Both the position numbers and the translations under genes were made by a program. A stretch of 64,000 nt of DNA, from NCBI GenBank assembly GCA_963666515.2, contig OY762897.2:1184001-1248000 (forward strand). The letters are read 5' to 3'. A model generated the notes under the pieces. It had not been told where the DNA came from, did no database searches, and saw nothing but the letters and a program-made list of their open reading frames with translations. The stretch is from Candidatus Binatia bacterium. Its GTDB lineage: Bacteria; Desulfobacterota; Binatia; UBA9968; JAJDTQ01. Of this stretch, positions 30,541 through 40,132 are shown piece by piece; within the stretch, counting starts at the first letter, position 1; each line of letters opens with the position of its first letter.

Positions 30541-31575
30541 TCAGGGCCGGACCACCACCTTCAGAGCCTCCTTCGCCATCATCGACCGCAGCGCCTTCTC
30601 CAGATCGTCCAGCGGCACCTCGGCAGACAACAAGGGCCGCGGGTCCAGCACATTGCGGCCCAGCATGTCCAGGGCTCGTGAGACCGTGGCCGGCCGGTGG
30701 TGATAGGCTCCCTTGAGGGTGATCTCGTTGTAGTGGACCTGCGCCGTGTCCAGGGACACCTGCGTCCCCGGCGGGCAGCCGCCGAAGAAGTTGACCACGC
30801 CGCCGGGACGGACGCAGGCGAGAGCGTCCTCCCACACGGCAGGGACGCCGGTGGCGTCGATGGCGCAGTCGAAACCGAGTCCGTCCGCGGAACGGGCACG
30901 AAGCCGCTCCGCCCCCCCGCCCCCGCGGGCTACTTCGACCAGCTCCCGGGCCCCGAGGGCGCGGGCCACGTCGAGCCGTTGCGGATTCGGATCGGCCGCC
31001 ACCACTCGATGTCCTCCGACCGCAAGCACGGCCGTCAGCAACGCTCCCATGGGACCGGCCCCGTACACCAGCACCTCGGAATCGTCCGGGAGACCGCAGG
31101 CGTCGATGGAGTGGATGACGCAGGCCAGCGGCTCCGTCACCGCGGCGATCTCGTAAGGGAGATCAGGGCCGATCGGGTGAGTGCTGGCTTCGACGAACCG
31201 CCGCGGAAGCAGGACGTATTCCGCAAACGCCCCGTTGATATACTGGAGGTCCCGACACAGGTTCTCGCGGCCCGCGCCGCAGTACGCGCAGCGCCCGCAC
31301 GACGCCGAGTTGACCACCACCACCCGGTCGCCCCGATTGTAACCGGCCACCCCCGGCCCCACTTCCTCCACCATGCCCGCGAACTCGTGCCCGAACGGCG
31401 TCGGCACCCGCAGCATCCGCGGATGCCCGCCCCGCCGGAACACCTTTACGTCGGTGCCGCAGGTGGTGGCCGCCCGTATCCTGACCAGCATCTCCCCCTC
31501 GGCAGGGGAAGGCACGGCCTCTTCCCGCAACTCGATGTGCTCGGGGCCGAGCAGGTATATGACCCGGTGTTTCAT
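30541..31575 (-). CDS. Zinc-dependent medium-chain alcohol dehydrogenase
   Basis: CGTD, GHE, CxxCxxCx7C, GAGPMG. Confidence 0.9.
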   Translation of the reverse strand: MKHRVIYLLGPEHIELREEAVPSPAEGEMLVRIRAATTCGTDVKVFRRGGHPRMLRVPTPFGHEFAGMVEEVGPGVAGYNRGDRVVVVNSASCGRCAYCGAGRENLCRDLQYINGAFAEYVLLPRRFVEASTHPIGPDLPYEIAAVTEPLACVIHSIDACGLPDDSEVLVYGAGPMGALLTAVLAVGGHRVVAADPNPQRLDVARALGARELVEVARGGGGAERLRARSADGLGFDCAIDATGVPAVWEDALACVRPGGVVNFFGGCPPGTQVSLDTAQVHYNEITLKGAYHHRPATVSRALDMLGRNVLDPRPLLSAEVPLDDLEKALRSMMAKEALKVVVRP

Positions 31576-31728
31576 GGCAAGGAGGACGCGCAACGAGCCG
31601 TCCCCACGGCGTAACACTTGTGAAATGGAACGGGCAAGCGGGTTCGGGGCGGGAGATGCCCTCCACTTGGCCCGGCCCAAGTTTCCAAGCCGTGGCAGGC
31701 ATGATAGGTTGAAGGTCCTACAGCAAGC

Positions 31729-31818
31729 GGAGAGGTGGCCGAGTCCGGTTGAAGGCGCCTGACTCGAAATCAGGTTTACCTACGGGTAACGGGGGTTCGA
31801 ATCCCTCCCTCTCCGCCA
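31729..31818 (+). tRNA. tRNA-Ser (anticodon CGA)
   Basis: GGAGAGG acceptor stem, CCTGA-CTCGAAA-TCAGG anticodon arm, long variable arm, GGTTCGAATCC, encoded CCA. Confidence 0.95.
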
Positions 31819-31888
31819 CTGTCTTTCATCGACCTCCACCGTGCCCATATTCATAGTCATCATGCCACTGGAGGAAGGGCATTCGGTC

Positions 31889-33028
31889 ATGATTGAATGG
31901 CTCGGCATCGGCCACCTTTTCGAGCTTTCCCGGGCGGAAGCGGTTGCGGGGCTTTTCACCCCGCTGGCGGTCTTTGCCGTATTCTTCCTGGCGCAGCTCG
32001 TGCTGCCGGGAAGGTGGGTTCCGGGCTACGTCATCAATCCGGAGACCGGCGAACCGCGCAATTACCGGCTGAACGGTCTCCTGGTCTTTTCCATCGCGGT
32101 GGTCGTGTGGGCTTTCGAGCTCACCGGGATGCCGCGTGACTGGTTCTACCGGTCCTCCATTCATTCCGTCGCCGGCGGAACGGTCTTCGCCAGCATCGTT
32201 ACCGTCATCGCGGTGTTCCGCCAGCCGCAGGGCAAGGTACGGAACCCGCTCCTGGCGCTGTGGTTCGGTCGCGCCCAGGAGCTGTCCTTCTTCAACGAAC
32301 GCTTCGACGTGAAGATGTACCTCTATGTCGTCGGCGGGACGATGTTGTCGCTCAACGCCCTGTCCGGGGCCGTGTACCACTACCAGCTCTTTGGTGAAGA
32401 CTCCAATCCGGGCGTTTTCCTGTATGCGGCGTTCTTCACGTTCTACATACTGGACTACTTCATCTTCGAGCGGGTCCAACTCTACACATATGATCTGATC
32501 CACGAGAATCTCGGCTTCAAGTTGTTCTGGGGCTGCTTCGTGGTCTACGGGTGGCTGTTCATCCTCCCGTTGTGGGGCATGGCCGCTTATCCGCACCCCG
32601 GATTCTCGCCGGCATGGACGAACGTCTGGCTCATCGGAACGGCCGCGCTGTTCCTGTTCGGCTGGGGCATCTCGCGCGGCGCCAACATGCAGAAATACAC
32701 GTTCAAGCGATGGCCCGACCGCCGGTTTCTCGGCTTCATGGAGCCCGAGTACATCGAGGCCGGCGACCGCAGGATCCTGTGCAGCGGCCTGTGGGGAGTC
32801 GCCCGCCACTTCAACTACCTGGGCGAGGGCTTCCTTGCCTTGGCCATAGCCCTGGTATTCGGCTACTTCACCAATCCGTGGGCCTGGACCTACTTCGTCT
32901 TCATCGTCTCGCTGTTCACCTACCGTCAACTCGACGACGACAAGCACTGCGCCGAGAAGTACGGCGCCGACAAGTGGGCGGAGTACCAGGCGCGGGTGAG
33001 GTACCGGATCGTTCCCGGCGTTTACTGA
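31889..33028 (+). CDS. ERG4/ERG24 family sterol reductase-like membrane protein
   Basis: Multi-TM; SGLWGVARHFNYLGE and DDKHCAEKYG..WAEYQARVRYRIVPGVY match family signatures. Confidence 0.85.
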   Translation: MIEWLGIGHLFELSRAEAVAGLFTPLAVFAVFFLAQLVLPGRWVPGYVINPETGEPRNYRLNGLLVFSIAVVVWAFELTGMPRDWFYRSSIHSVAGGTVFASIVTVIAVFRQPQGKVRNPLLALWFGRAQELSFFNERFDVKMYLYVVGGTMLSLNALSGAVYHYQLFGEDSNPGVFLYAAFFTFYILDYFIFERVQLYTYDLIHENLGFKLFWGCFVVYGWLFILPLWGMAAYPHPGFSPAWTNVWLIGTAALFLFGWGISRGANMQKYTFKRWPDRRFLGFMEPEYIEAGDRRILCSGLWGVARHFNYLGEGFLALAIALVFGYFTNPWAWTYFVFIVSLFTYRQLDDDKHCAEKYGADKWAEYQARVRYRIVPGVY

Positions 33029-33125
33029 GGCAGAATCGGTTTCTTCCGAAACGTGCCGGGTTGCTGGTTGTAGCCCGGAAAATTTGATAAACACAGGGTC
33101 CCGCCGGCGCCACGGCAACCGTCGC

Positions 33126-33258
33126 CGGGATGTTGATTGCTGGCAGTCGGGTCCCGTGCAAGTGGGTCCCGCAAACCCCGTCAGGTCCGGAAGGAAGCAG
33201 CGGTAGCGGACCGCCCCTGTGCCACGGGGAAGCCTGGCTGTCGGCAATGAGCATCCCG
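33126..33258 (+). ncRNA. ffs: Signal recognition particle RNA
   Basis: Conserved TCAGGTCCGGAAGGAAGCAGC core, flanking complementary arms, position upstream of dnaX; ends approximate. Confidence 0.9.
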
Positions 33259-33356
33259 CCACGCAAGGGGCTTCGGGTGCGCAATCGCAGCGGAAAATTC
33301 ACCTCCTGACGGCGCCTCCAAGGCCCGCCGGGGACACTCGGAGCGGCCTCGACGTC

Positions 33357-35135
33357 ATGTCTTATCTCGTTCTGGCCCGCAAGTGGCGCCCGCAGAGCTT
33401 CGCGGACATGGTGGGGCAGCAGCACATCGCCCGGGTCCTCACCAACGCCATCCAGAGCGGCCGCATCGCCCACTGCTATCTCTTCACGGGCGTCCGCGGC
33501 GTGGGCAAGACCAGCGCCGCGCGCATCCTGGCCAAGGCCCTGAACTGCGAGGGCGGACCCACGCCCACGCCCTGCAACGAATGCGTCCGTTGCGCGGAGA
33601 TCAACGAGGCCCGCTCCATCGACGTGTACGAGATCGACGGCGCTTCCAACCGGGGCATCGACGAGGTCCGCCAGATCATCGAGAACGTGCGCTACCAGCC
33701 CGCGGCAGCGCGCTTCAAGGTGTACATCATCGACGAGGTCCACCAAGTGACCAAGGACGCCTTCAACGCACTTCTCAAGACGCTGGAGGAGCCGCCGCCG
33801 TTCGCCAAGTTCATCCTCGCCACCACCGAGGTCCACCGCCTCCCGGAGACCATCCTGTCCCGCTGCCAGCGCTTTGATTTCCGCCGCATCGAGGTCCGTG
33901 ACATCCACCAGCGGCTGCGGCAAATCGCCGACGTGGAGGGTTTGAACATCACCGACGGCGCGCTGGCGCTGATCAGCCGGGCGGCCCAGGGCAGCATGCG
34001 CGACGCCCAGTCGTTGCTGGAACAGGTGCTTTCCTTCGCGGATCCCGAATCGGAGGGCGTGAACGAGCCGCTGTTGCGGGACATTCTCGGCGTCGCCGAG
34101 CGGCGCGTGCTCCACGAGATTTCGGCTGCGGTGGTCGCGGGGAATGCCGCGGAGTGTCTCCGGCTGGTTGCGGAGGTGGCTGATCACGGGGTGGACTTGG
34201 CAGCCCTTTCCCGCGAGCTGGTGGAGCACTTCCGCAACCTCCTGGTGGTTCGCCTGATGGATGGGAGGGCGGACCCGGGCAACGATGGCGGAGACGAGGC
34301 CCGGTCCCGGCGGCTCATGGACCTGACCGGCGAGGAAATTTCCCTGCTCCGGGACCAGGTGGCGTCGGTCGATCCCGAGGCCCTCATCGGTTACTACCGG
34401 TTCATCGTCCAGGGGGATGAGATCGTCGCCCGTTCGCCGTATCCGAGGTTCGACCTGGAGGCGTCGCTGGTCCGCGTGGCGACCTTGCCTCGAACGGTGA
34501 ACATCGCCGACGCCATCGAAGAGTTGCAGCGGCTCGAACGCAAGCTGGAAGATGGCGCGCCTTCCCGCGGTGAGATGCCGCGCACCGAAGGTGGTCCGAC
34601 TCGGGAGACGGGACCGGTTCAGGAAGTGGAGCCGGTTCGAGAGGCAGAACCGGTTAAGGACGCGGAGCCAGTGACGGACCCGGAGCCGGCCACGGACCCG
34701 GAGGCGAGCACCGGCGCTTCACCGGACCGCGCGGCCCAGGAACCGGCGCGTCCGCCCGCGGCCCCGGAGGAAGAAGCAGGGGCGGAGCAACCGGTTCCCG
34801 AGCCGGTTGCGGCCGAGTGGAGCCGCTTTCTCGATTTCGTGGCGGGCGAAAATCCATTCTTGGCGTCGACGTTGCGTCAGGGCAGGCTCCTCGAGATCTC
34901 CGCCGCGGGCGTGCGGGTCGGCCTCGATGAGCTGTTCCACCTGGGCTATCTTCGGGATGGCGAGAACATGGCTCTTTTCGAGCGGTATCTTGAGCGGTTC
35001 TTCCGGCGCAAGATGACGGCGGCGGTGACAGCGGCGGAAGCGGACGATGCCAAAGACGCGCCGGCTCCGGGCCAGGAGAGCGCGGAAGACATCATCGACG
35101 AGGCGGTAAGGATATTCGGCGGCACGGTGAAGTAG
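33357..35135 (+). CDS. dnaX: DNA polymerase III subunit gamma/tau
   Basis: YLVLARKWRP, GVRGVGKTS, IIDEVH, NALLKTLEEP, SRC. Confidence 0.96.
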   Translation: MSYLVLARKWRPQSFADMVGQQHIARVLTNAIQSGRIAHCYLFTGVRGVGKTSAARILAKALNCEGGPTPTPCNECVRCAEINEARSIDVYEIDGASNRGIDEVRQIIENVRYQPAAARFKVYIIDEVHQVTKDAFNALLKTLEEPPPFAKFILATTEVHRLPETILSRCQRFDFRRIEVRDIHQRLRQIADVEGLNITDGALALISRAAQGSMRDAQSLLEQVLSFADPESEGVNEPLLRDILGVAERRVLHEISAAVVAGNAAECLRLVAEVADHGVDLAALSRELVEHFRNLLVVRLMDGRADPGNDGGDEARSRRLMDLTGEEISLLRDQVASVDPEALIGYYRFIVQGDEIVARSPYPRFDLEASLVRVATLPRTVNIADAIEELQRLERKLEDGAPSRGEMPRTEGGPTRETGPVQEVEPVREAEPVKDAEPVTDPEPATDPEASTGASPDRAAQEPARPPAAPEEEAGAEQPVPEPVAAEWSRFLDFVAGENPFLASTLRQGRLLEISAAGVRVGLDELFHLGYLRDGENMALFERYLERFFRRKMTAAVTAAEADDAKDAPAPGQESAEDIIDEAVRIFGGTVK

Positions 35136-35156
35136 CGTGCCGGAGGGAGTGGTCTC

Positions 35157-35483
35157 ATGAGCGAGGGTTTCGGCGGCATGGGCGGCCTCATGAAGCAGGC
35201 CCAGGAGATGCAGGCGAAGCTTGCGAAGATCCAGGAAGAGCTGGCGAAGAAGACGGTGGAAGCCACCTCGGGCGGGGGCATGGTGCGCGTCACCGTCAAC
35301 GGCCAGTTCATGCTTGCTTCCATCAAGGTGGACCCCAGCGTCATCGATCCGGACGACGTGGAGATGCTGGAGGACCTGGTGCGCGCGGCCGTCAACGAGG
35401 GGCTCCGGCGCGCCCGCGACATGGCCTCGGAGGAGATGAGCAAGCTCACGGGAGGGTTCAAGATCCCCGGGTTGACGCCATGA
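35157..35483 (+). CDS. ybaB: YbaB/EbfC nucleoid-associated protein
   Basis: MKQAQEMQ, GGGMVRV, LEDLV; between dnaX and recR. Confidence 0.93.
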   Translation: MSEGFGGMGGLMKQAQEMQAKLAKIQEELAKKTVEATSGGGMVRVTVNGQFMLASIKVDPSVIDPDDVEMLEDLVRAAVNEGLRRARDMASEEMSKLTGGFKIPGLTP

Positions 35484-36100
35484 CCGGATATCCGGCGCCG
35501 CTGGCCCGGGTGATCGAGCAGCTCGGCAAGCTGCCCGGCATCGGCGAGAAGACCGCGGGGCGCCTGGCCTTCCACATGCTCAAGGAAGGCAAGGATTCGG
35601 TGCTGGCGCTGGCGGGGAGCATGGAGCGGCTCAAGCGCGAGATGGGCCTCTGTCCCGACTGCTTCGGCCTCAGTGAAATCCCGCCCGGAACGGAAGAAGT
35701 CGCCCGCTGCAAGGTCTGCCGCGACCCCGGCCGCGACAGTCACACCATATGCGTGGTGGAGGAGCCGTCGGACCTCATGGCGGTGGAGCGTTCAGGGGAG
35801 TACAAGGGGCTTTACCACGTGCTCCACGGCGCCATCTTCCCGCTCAACGGCGTCGGCCCCGATGCCTTGAAGATCAAGGAGCTCATGGCCCGTATCCGGG
35901 CCAACCCGCCGGCGGAGATCATCGTCGCCACCAACGCCACGAGAGCGGGCGAGGCCACCGCCCTCTACCTGGCCAAGATGGTGAAGCCTCTCGGCATCCG
36001 CATCACCCGCATCGCCCGCGGCCTGCCCATGGGCGGAGAGATCGAGTACACCGACGCCGGCACGCTTGGCGAAGCCCTTGACGGGCGGCGCGAGTTGTAG
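35480..36100 (+). CDS. recR: Recombination mediator RecR
   Basis: LPGIGEKTA, C4 zinc finger, ICVVE, YHVLHG. Confidence 0.96.
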   Translation: MTGYPAPLARVIEQLGKLPGIGEKTAGRLAFHMLKEGKDSVLALAGSMERLKREMGLCPDCFGLSEIPPGTEEVARCKVCRDPGRDSHTICVVEEPSDLMAVERSGEYKGLYHVLHGAIFPLNGVGPDALKIKELMARIRANPPAEIIVATNATRAGEATALYLAKMVKPLGIRITRIARGLPMGGEIEYTDAGTLGEALDGRREL

Positions 36101-36103
36101 GTT

Positions 36104-36133
36104 GCCCCGCCGGATGGCCGGGGCGCCTTTTTT
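36104..36133 (+). terminator. Rho-independent terminator after recR
   Basis: GCCCCG..CGGGGC hairpin followed by a T tract. Confidence 0.65.
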
Positions 36134-36243
36134 GTTGCTTTTTCTGGATGGCCCGTTAAGATTTGAAATTAACCGCCGATATATATGATTGGAGAGGATC
36201 GAAGGAGGTTTCATCGCGGCAAAACGAAGGAACGGGTGAGGAA

Positions 36244-36516
36244 ATGAACGTGGACACCATCAGTATCATCATCTCCGTCGTTACGGTCGGCGTAGCGGGC
36301 GGCGCTTTCACAATGGCCGGGTTCAGGCATGTGCGTGAGGATATGGACCGGCGTTTCGGTGAAATGCGTGACGACATGGATCGGCGGTTCAGCAACTCGG
36401 ACGCACGCTTCGCGGAATTGCGCGAGGACATACGCGAAGTGCGACGCGACGTCAATACGCTGCAGGAAGCAGTGGGCGCCTTGAGAGAGCGCACCGGCAG
36501 CACCCTTCCCAGCTAG
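36244..36516 (+). CDS. Small hypothetical protein, one TM helix plus coiled coil
   Basis: SD GAGG before ATG; hydrophobic N-terminus; repeated (V/M)R(E/D)DMDRRF. Confidence 0.65.
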   Translation: MNVDTISIIISVVTVGVAGGAFTMAGFRHVREDMDRRFGEMRDDMDRRFSNSDARFAELREDIREVRRDVNTLQEAVGALRERTGSTLPS

Positions 36517-36523
36517 TGCTCTG

Positions 36524-37762
36524 TCAGCAGCACGGCATCGGGTTCTCGATCAGGTTGTAGACGCTGTCGAAATTGACCTCGTTGATGGTCTTCTGGATCT
36601 TGTAGAAGCGCGGCGGCTCGTTGTCCAGGAACACCATGATGGCGGTCTCGATGGGCGGGCAGTCCGGCTTCACGCAGGGGACTTCCTTGATGGTGATGGG
36701 GGTCTTGGACGGGAACTCCAGCGCCTGCCGCACCCAGATGCGGATCTGGTCCAGGGTGAAGGAAGACACGTCGCGATAGATGTCCAGGTCGCCGTCTGAG
36801 GCGGCATCCTCCTCCGAGCGCAGGCAAGTCTTGAGGCCGCCTTGCAGCTCTTCCCCGTCCAGGTTCCGGCCGATGAAGACAAGCCGGTTGAGGCGTTCCT
36901 CGCCGTCCTCCCACTCCCGGCCGAGCTTTCCCTGAAACAGACTGTGCACCCCATGGAACACGAACTGGTGCGAGTCGCCGTACATGTTGAGGATGCCCTT
37001 CATGCGCAGAATGTCGGGCCCCTTCTCCGCCAGCACCGAGCGGAACCAGTGGCTCAGGCGCGTCTTGTTGAGATCTCCGGCCTGCACGAACGAGACGGTC
37101 TTGACCGAGGGCTGGTGCTCGTGGTGATGGCCATCCCGTAGCGCCTCCCGCTTGGCCTCCAGGTCGAAGGCGTGCATCTCCAGTAGTTCGCCGATATCCA
37201 CTTCGGCGTTCAGCGTGGGGGTCAAGCGGGCGGTGGGGTTTATTTCCCCGAGCCTGGCCGTCAGCTCGTCCACTTCTTCCGGCGTGATGAGGTCGGTCTT
37301 GTTGAGCAGGATAGCATCGGCGCAGGCGATCTGGTCCCGTGCCTCGTGCTGGACGGCAAGCTGCTGCTCGATATGTAGGCCGTCCACCACGGTCACCACG
37401 GCCTGGAGCTCGAAATCCAGGCCGATGCGTTCGTCCAGCAGCAAGGTCTGCACGATAACCGTGGGGTCCGCCAGACCCGAGGTTTCCACCACGAGATAAT
37501 CGAAGGTGTCGCGCCGTTCGAGTAGTTGCAACAGCACCCGCAGCAGGTCGCCCTGGACCGCGCAGCAGATGCAGCCGTTGTTCATCTGGAAGATTTCCTC
37601 TTCCGAGGAGATGATGAGGTGGTGGTCGATGCCCACCTCGCCGAACTCGTTGATGACCACGGCGATGCGGTAGCCGTGGGGTGCGGTGAGGATGCGGTTG
37701 AGCAGGGTGGTCTTGCCCGCTCCGAGAAAGCCCGTGAGGATGACGACGGGTATCTTGGCCAT
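36524..37762 (-). CDS. COG0523 (CobW/YjiA) GTPase metallochaperone with extra C-terminal Cys-rich domain
   Basis: GFLGAGKTT, NEFG, GCICC, ETSG, NKTD, CobW_C RMKG..FHGVH, then an ~85-aa extension ending PCC. Confidence 0.9.
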   Translation of the reverse strand: MAKIPVVILTGFLGAGKTTLLNRILTAPHGYRIAVVINEFGEVGIDHHLIISSEEEIFQMNNGCICCAVQGDLLRVLLQLLERRDTFDYLVVETSGLADPTVIVQTLLLDERIGLDFELQAVVTVVDGLHIEQQLAVQHEARDQIACADAILLNKTDLITPEEVDELTARLGEINPTARLTPTLNAEVDIGELLEMHAFDLEAKREALRDGHHHEHQPSVKTVSFVQAGDLNKTRLSHWFRSVLAEKGPDILRMKGILNMYGDSHQFVFHGVHSLFQGKLGREWEDGEERLNRLVFIGRNLDGEELQGGLKTCLRSEEDAASDGDLDIYRDVSSFTLDQIRIWVRQALEFPSKTPITIKEVPCVKPDCPPIETAIMVFLDNEPPRFYKIQKTINEVNFDSVYNLIENPMPCC

Positions 37763-37831
37763 GACAGCCTCTGTGCGGGTCCCGCCTCGGGGGACCCATC
37801 GCCGGTGGTTTCGTCCGGTCCCTGCGGAGTG

Positions 37832-40132
37832 CTACTTCCGGTCGCGTTCCTCCAGCGCCCAGAACACCCGCTCCGGCGTCAGCGGCAGGTCGCGGATACG
37901 CGACTTGATGGCGTCCGCCACCGCGTTGCCGATGGCCGCCGGCGTGGGCGCCAGACCCGGCTCGCCCAGCCCCTTGGCGCCGTAGGGCCCTTCGGGCTCG
38001 GCGCACTCGACGACGATGGGAATGATCTCGGGCACGTCCAGCGACGTCACCAGGTGGTAGTCCAGGAACGACGGGTTCCGCACCTTGCCGTTCTCGTCGA
38101 TGACCAGGTTCTCGTGGAGCGCTGAGCCGATGCCCATGGCCACGCCGCCCTCGATCTGCGCCACGCAGTTGAGCGGGTTGATGGCCTTGCCAACGTCGTG
38201 GGCCGCGGACAGCCGGTGCAGCCGCACCCTGCCGGTCTCCTCGTCCACCGAGACCTCGGCGGCCTGGGTGGCGTACATGTAGAAGGCCGAGGCGTGGTCG
38301 CTGTGGCCGGTCTCCAGGTCCAGGTCCTTGCCGATCTCGTAGGTGTAGGAGCCGTCGCCCCGGAGCACGGCTTCGCCTCCGAGCCCGCGCCGGACCAGCT
38401 CGCCGTAGGTCAGCGCCATGTCCTCATGGTCCTTGAGGTGGACCTTGCCGCCGGTCACCACCAGCTCCTCCTGCTTGCCTTCGAGCGCGGGTCCGGCCAT
38501 CTCCAGGAGCTGTTCGCGGGCGTGGATGGCCGCCCGGCGCACGGCGTTGCCCATGTGGTAGGTGCTGCGGCTGGAGGTGGTGGATGCGTCGAAGGGGATC
38601 AGGTCGGTGTCCAGCGGCGCCACCTGGACCTGCTCGATGGGCACCCGCAACTCTTCGGCGGCCACCTGCGCCAGGATCGTGTTGCATCCCTGGCCGATCT
38701 CCACCGTGCCCGCCAGCACGGTGATTTCGCCGTCGGCGTCCACCAGCACGCCGGCGTTGGAGGTGGTAGGCGACCGGGTGGGCTTGGAGATGCAGGCCAG
38801 TCCGCGTCCGACCCCGGCAGGCTTGGGCTTGCCCCAGTCGATGGCCGCCGCCGCCTTGGTCAAGGTCTCGGTGAGGCCGACGTTGTGCAACTGCTCGCCC
38901 CAGTAGGCCATGTCGCCGTCCACGAAGACGTTCTTGAGGCGGAAGTCCACCGGGTCCATGGCCAGCCTGCGGGCCAGCTCGTCCATGTGCTGCTCGGTGG
39001 CCCAGGCGCCCTGGGGGATGCCGTAGCCGCGATACGCTCCGGCCACGGGCTTGTTGGTGTACACCGCGTAGCCGTCCACGTGGACGTGGGGGATGCGGTA
39101 GGGGCCGGGGGAGGGGAGGCTGCCGCGGATGCACACCGTCGGGCTCTTCTCCGCGTAGGCGCCGCCGCCCCAGTAGAGCGTCATGTGGCGGGCCATGAGC
39201 GTGCCGTCGTTCTTGACCCCGCTCTTGATGTGAACGGTGGCCTCGTGGCGCACCAGCGTGGAGATGAACGTTTCCTCGCGGTTGAACTTCACCCGCACCG
39301 GACGGCCATTCGTATGGAACGCAAGGCCCATGGCGATGGGCTCCAGCTTGAGGCCGCCCTTGGAGCCGAAGCCGCCGCCCTGGAGCGGGTTGATGAGACG
39401 GATCTGCTCCTGCGGCAGGCCCAGGGCCTCGGACACCTCGGTGAGCGCCCGGAAGGGCGCGTCGTTGGCCACCCACACGGTGACCCGTCCGCTGTCGGGA
39501 TCCACCTGGGCGTGGGCCGAATGGGGCTCCATGGCGGCGTGCTGGATGATCGGCACGTAGTACTTTTCCTCCAGCACCATGTCCGATTGCCGAAAACCCT
39601 CGGCGGTGTCCCCGGTGCGCAGCTTGAAGTGCTCGCACACGTTGGGCATGGGCGCGCCGACGATGAACGGGGCCTTGCGATAGCCCTCGAACTCCTCGTG
39701 GATGGCCACGGCGCCGGGCTGGCAGGCGTCCTCAGGGGTGAAGTAGGCGGGCAGGTCTTCGTACACCACCTCGATGAGCTTGAGCGCCGCCTGCGCGGTG
39801 TCCTCGTCCACCGCGGCCACCGCGGCGACGGGCTCGCCGATGTAGCGGACCTTGCCCTGGGCCAGGAACGGCTTGTCCTTGATGGACTCGCCGTGGGTCC
39901 AGGGGGTGTCCTCGCCGGAAATGACCGCCACCACGCCGGGATGCCGGCGCGCCTTCTCCAGGTCGATGCTGACGATGCGCGCGTGCGCCCGGGTGCTGAA
40001 CAGCACCTTGCCGTGCAGCATGTCCGGCAGCACCAGGTCGTACCCGTACGTGGCCGTCCCCGTGACCTTCTCGTCCACGTCGATGCGGGTGACCGGGTGG
40101 CCGACGACCTTGAGATCGTTGAGATCACTCAT
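37832..40132 (-). CDS. Xanthine dehydrogenase family molybdopterin-binding subunit
   Basis: GGGFGSK, AYRGYG, EIGQG, AKGLGEP. Confidence 0.92.
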   Translation of the reverse strand: MSDLNDLKVVGHPVTRIDVDEKVTGTATYGYDLVLPDMLHGKVLFSTRAHARIVSIDLEKARRHPGVVAVISGEDTPWTHGESIKDKPFLAQGKVRYIGEPVAAVAAVDEDTAQAALKLIEVVYEDLPAYFTPEDACQPGAVAIHEEFEGYRKAPFIVGAPMPNVCEHFKLRTGDTAEGFRQSDMVLEEKYYVPIIQHAAMEPHSAHAQVDPDSGRVTVWVANDAPFRALTEVSEALGLPQEQIRLINPLQGGGFGSKGGLKLEPIAMGLAFHTNGRPVRVKFNREETFISTLVRHEATVHIKSGVKNDGTLMARHMTLYWGGGAYAEKSPTVCIRGSLPSPGPYRIPHVHVDGYAVYTNKPVAGAYRGYGIPQGAWATEQHMDELARRLAMDPVDFRLKNVFVDGDMAYWGEQLHNVGLTETLTKAAAAIDWGKPKPAGVGRGLACISKPTRSPTTSNAGVLVDADGEITVLAGTVEIGQGCNTILAQVAAEELRVPIEQVQVAPLDTDLIPFDASTTSSRSTYHMGNAVRRAAIHAREQLLEMAGPALEGKQEELVVTGGKVHLKDHEDMALTYGELVRRGLGGEAVLRGDGSYTYEIGKDLDLETGHSDHASAFYMYATQAAEVSVDEETGRVRLHRLSAAHDVGKAINPLNCVAQIEGGVAMGIGSALHENLVIDENGKVRNPSFLDYHLVTSLDVPEIIPIVVECAEPEGPYGAKGLGEPGLAPTPAAIGNAVADAIKSRIRDLPLTPERVFWALEERDRK

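Noticed and set aside
31729-31818. Possible tRNA-Sec near the selenium genes
   Set aside because: Anticodon is CGA with a normal 7-bp acceptor stem; it is an ordinary tRNA-Ser
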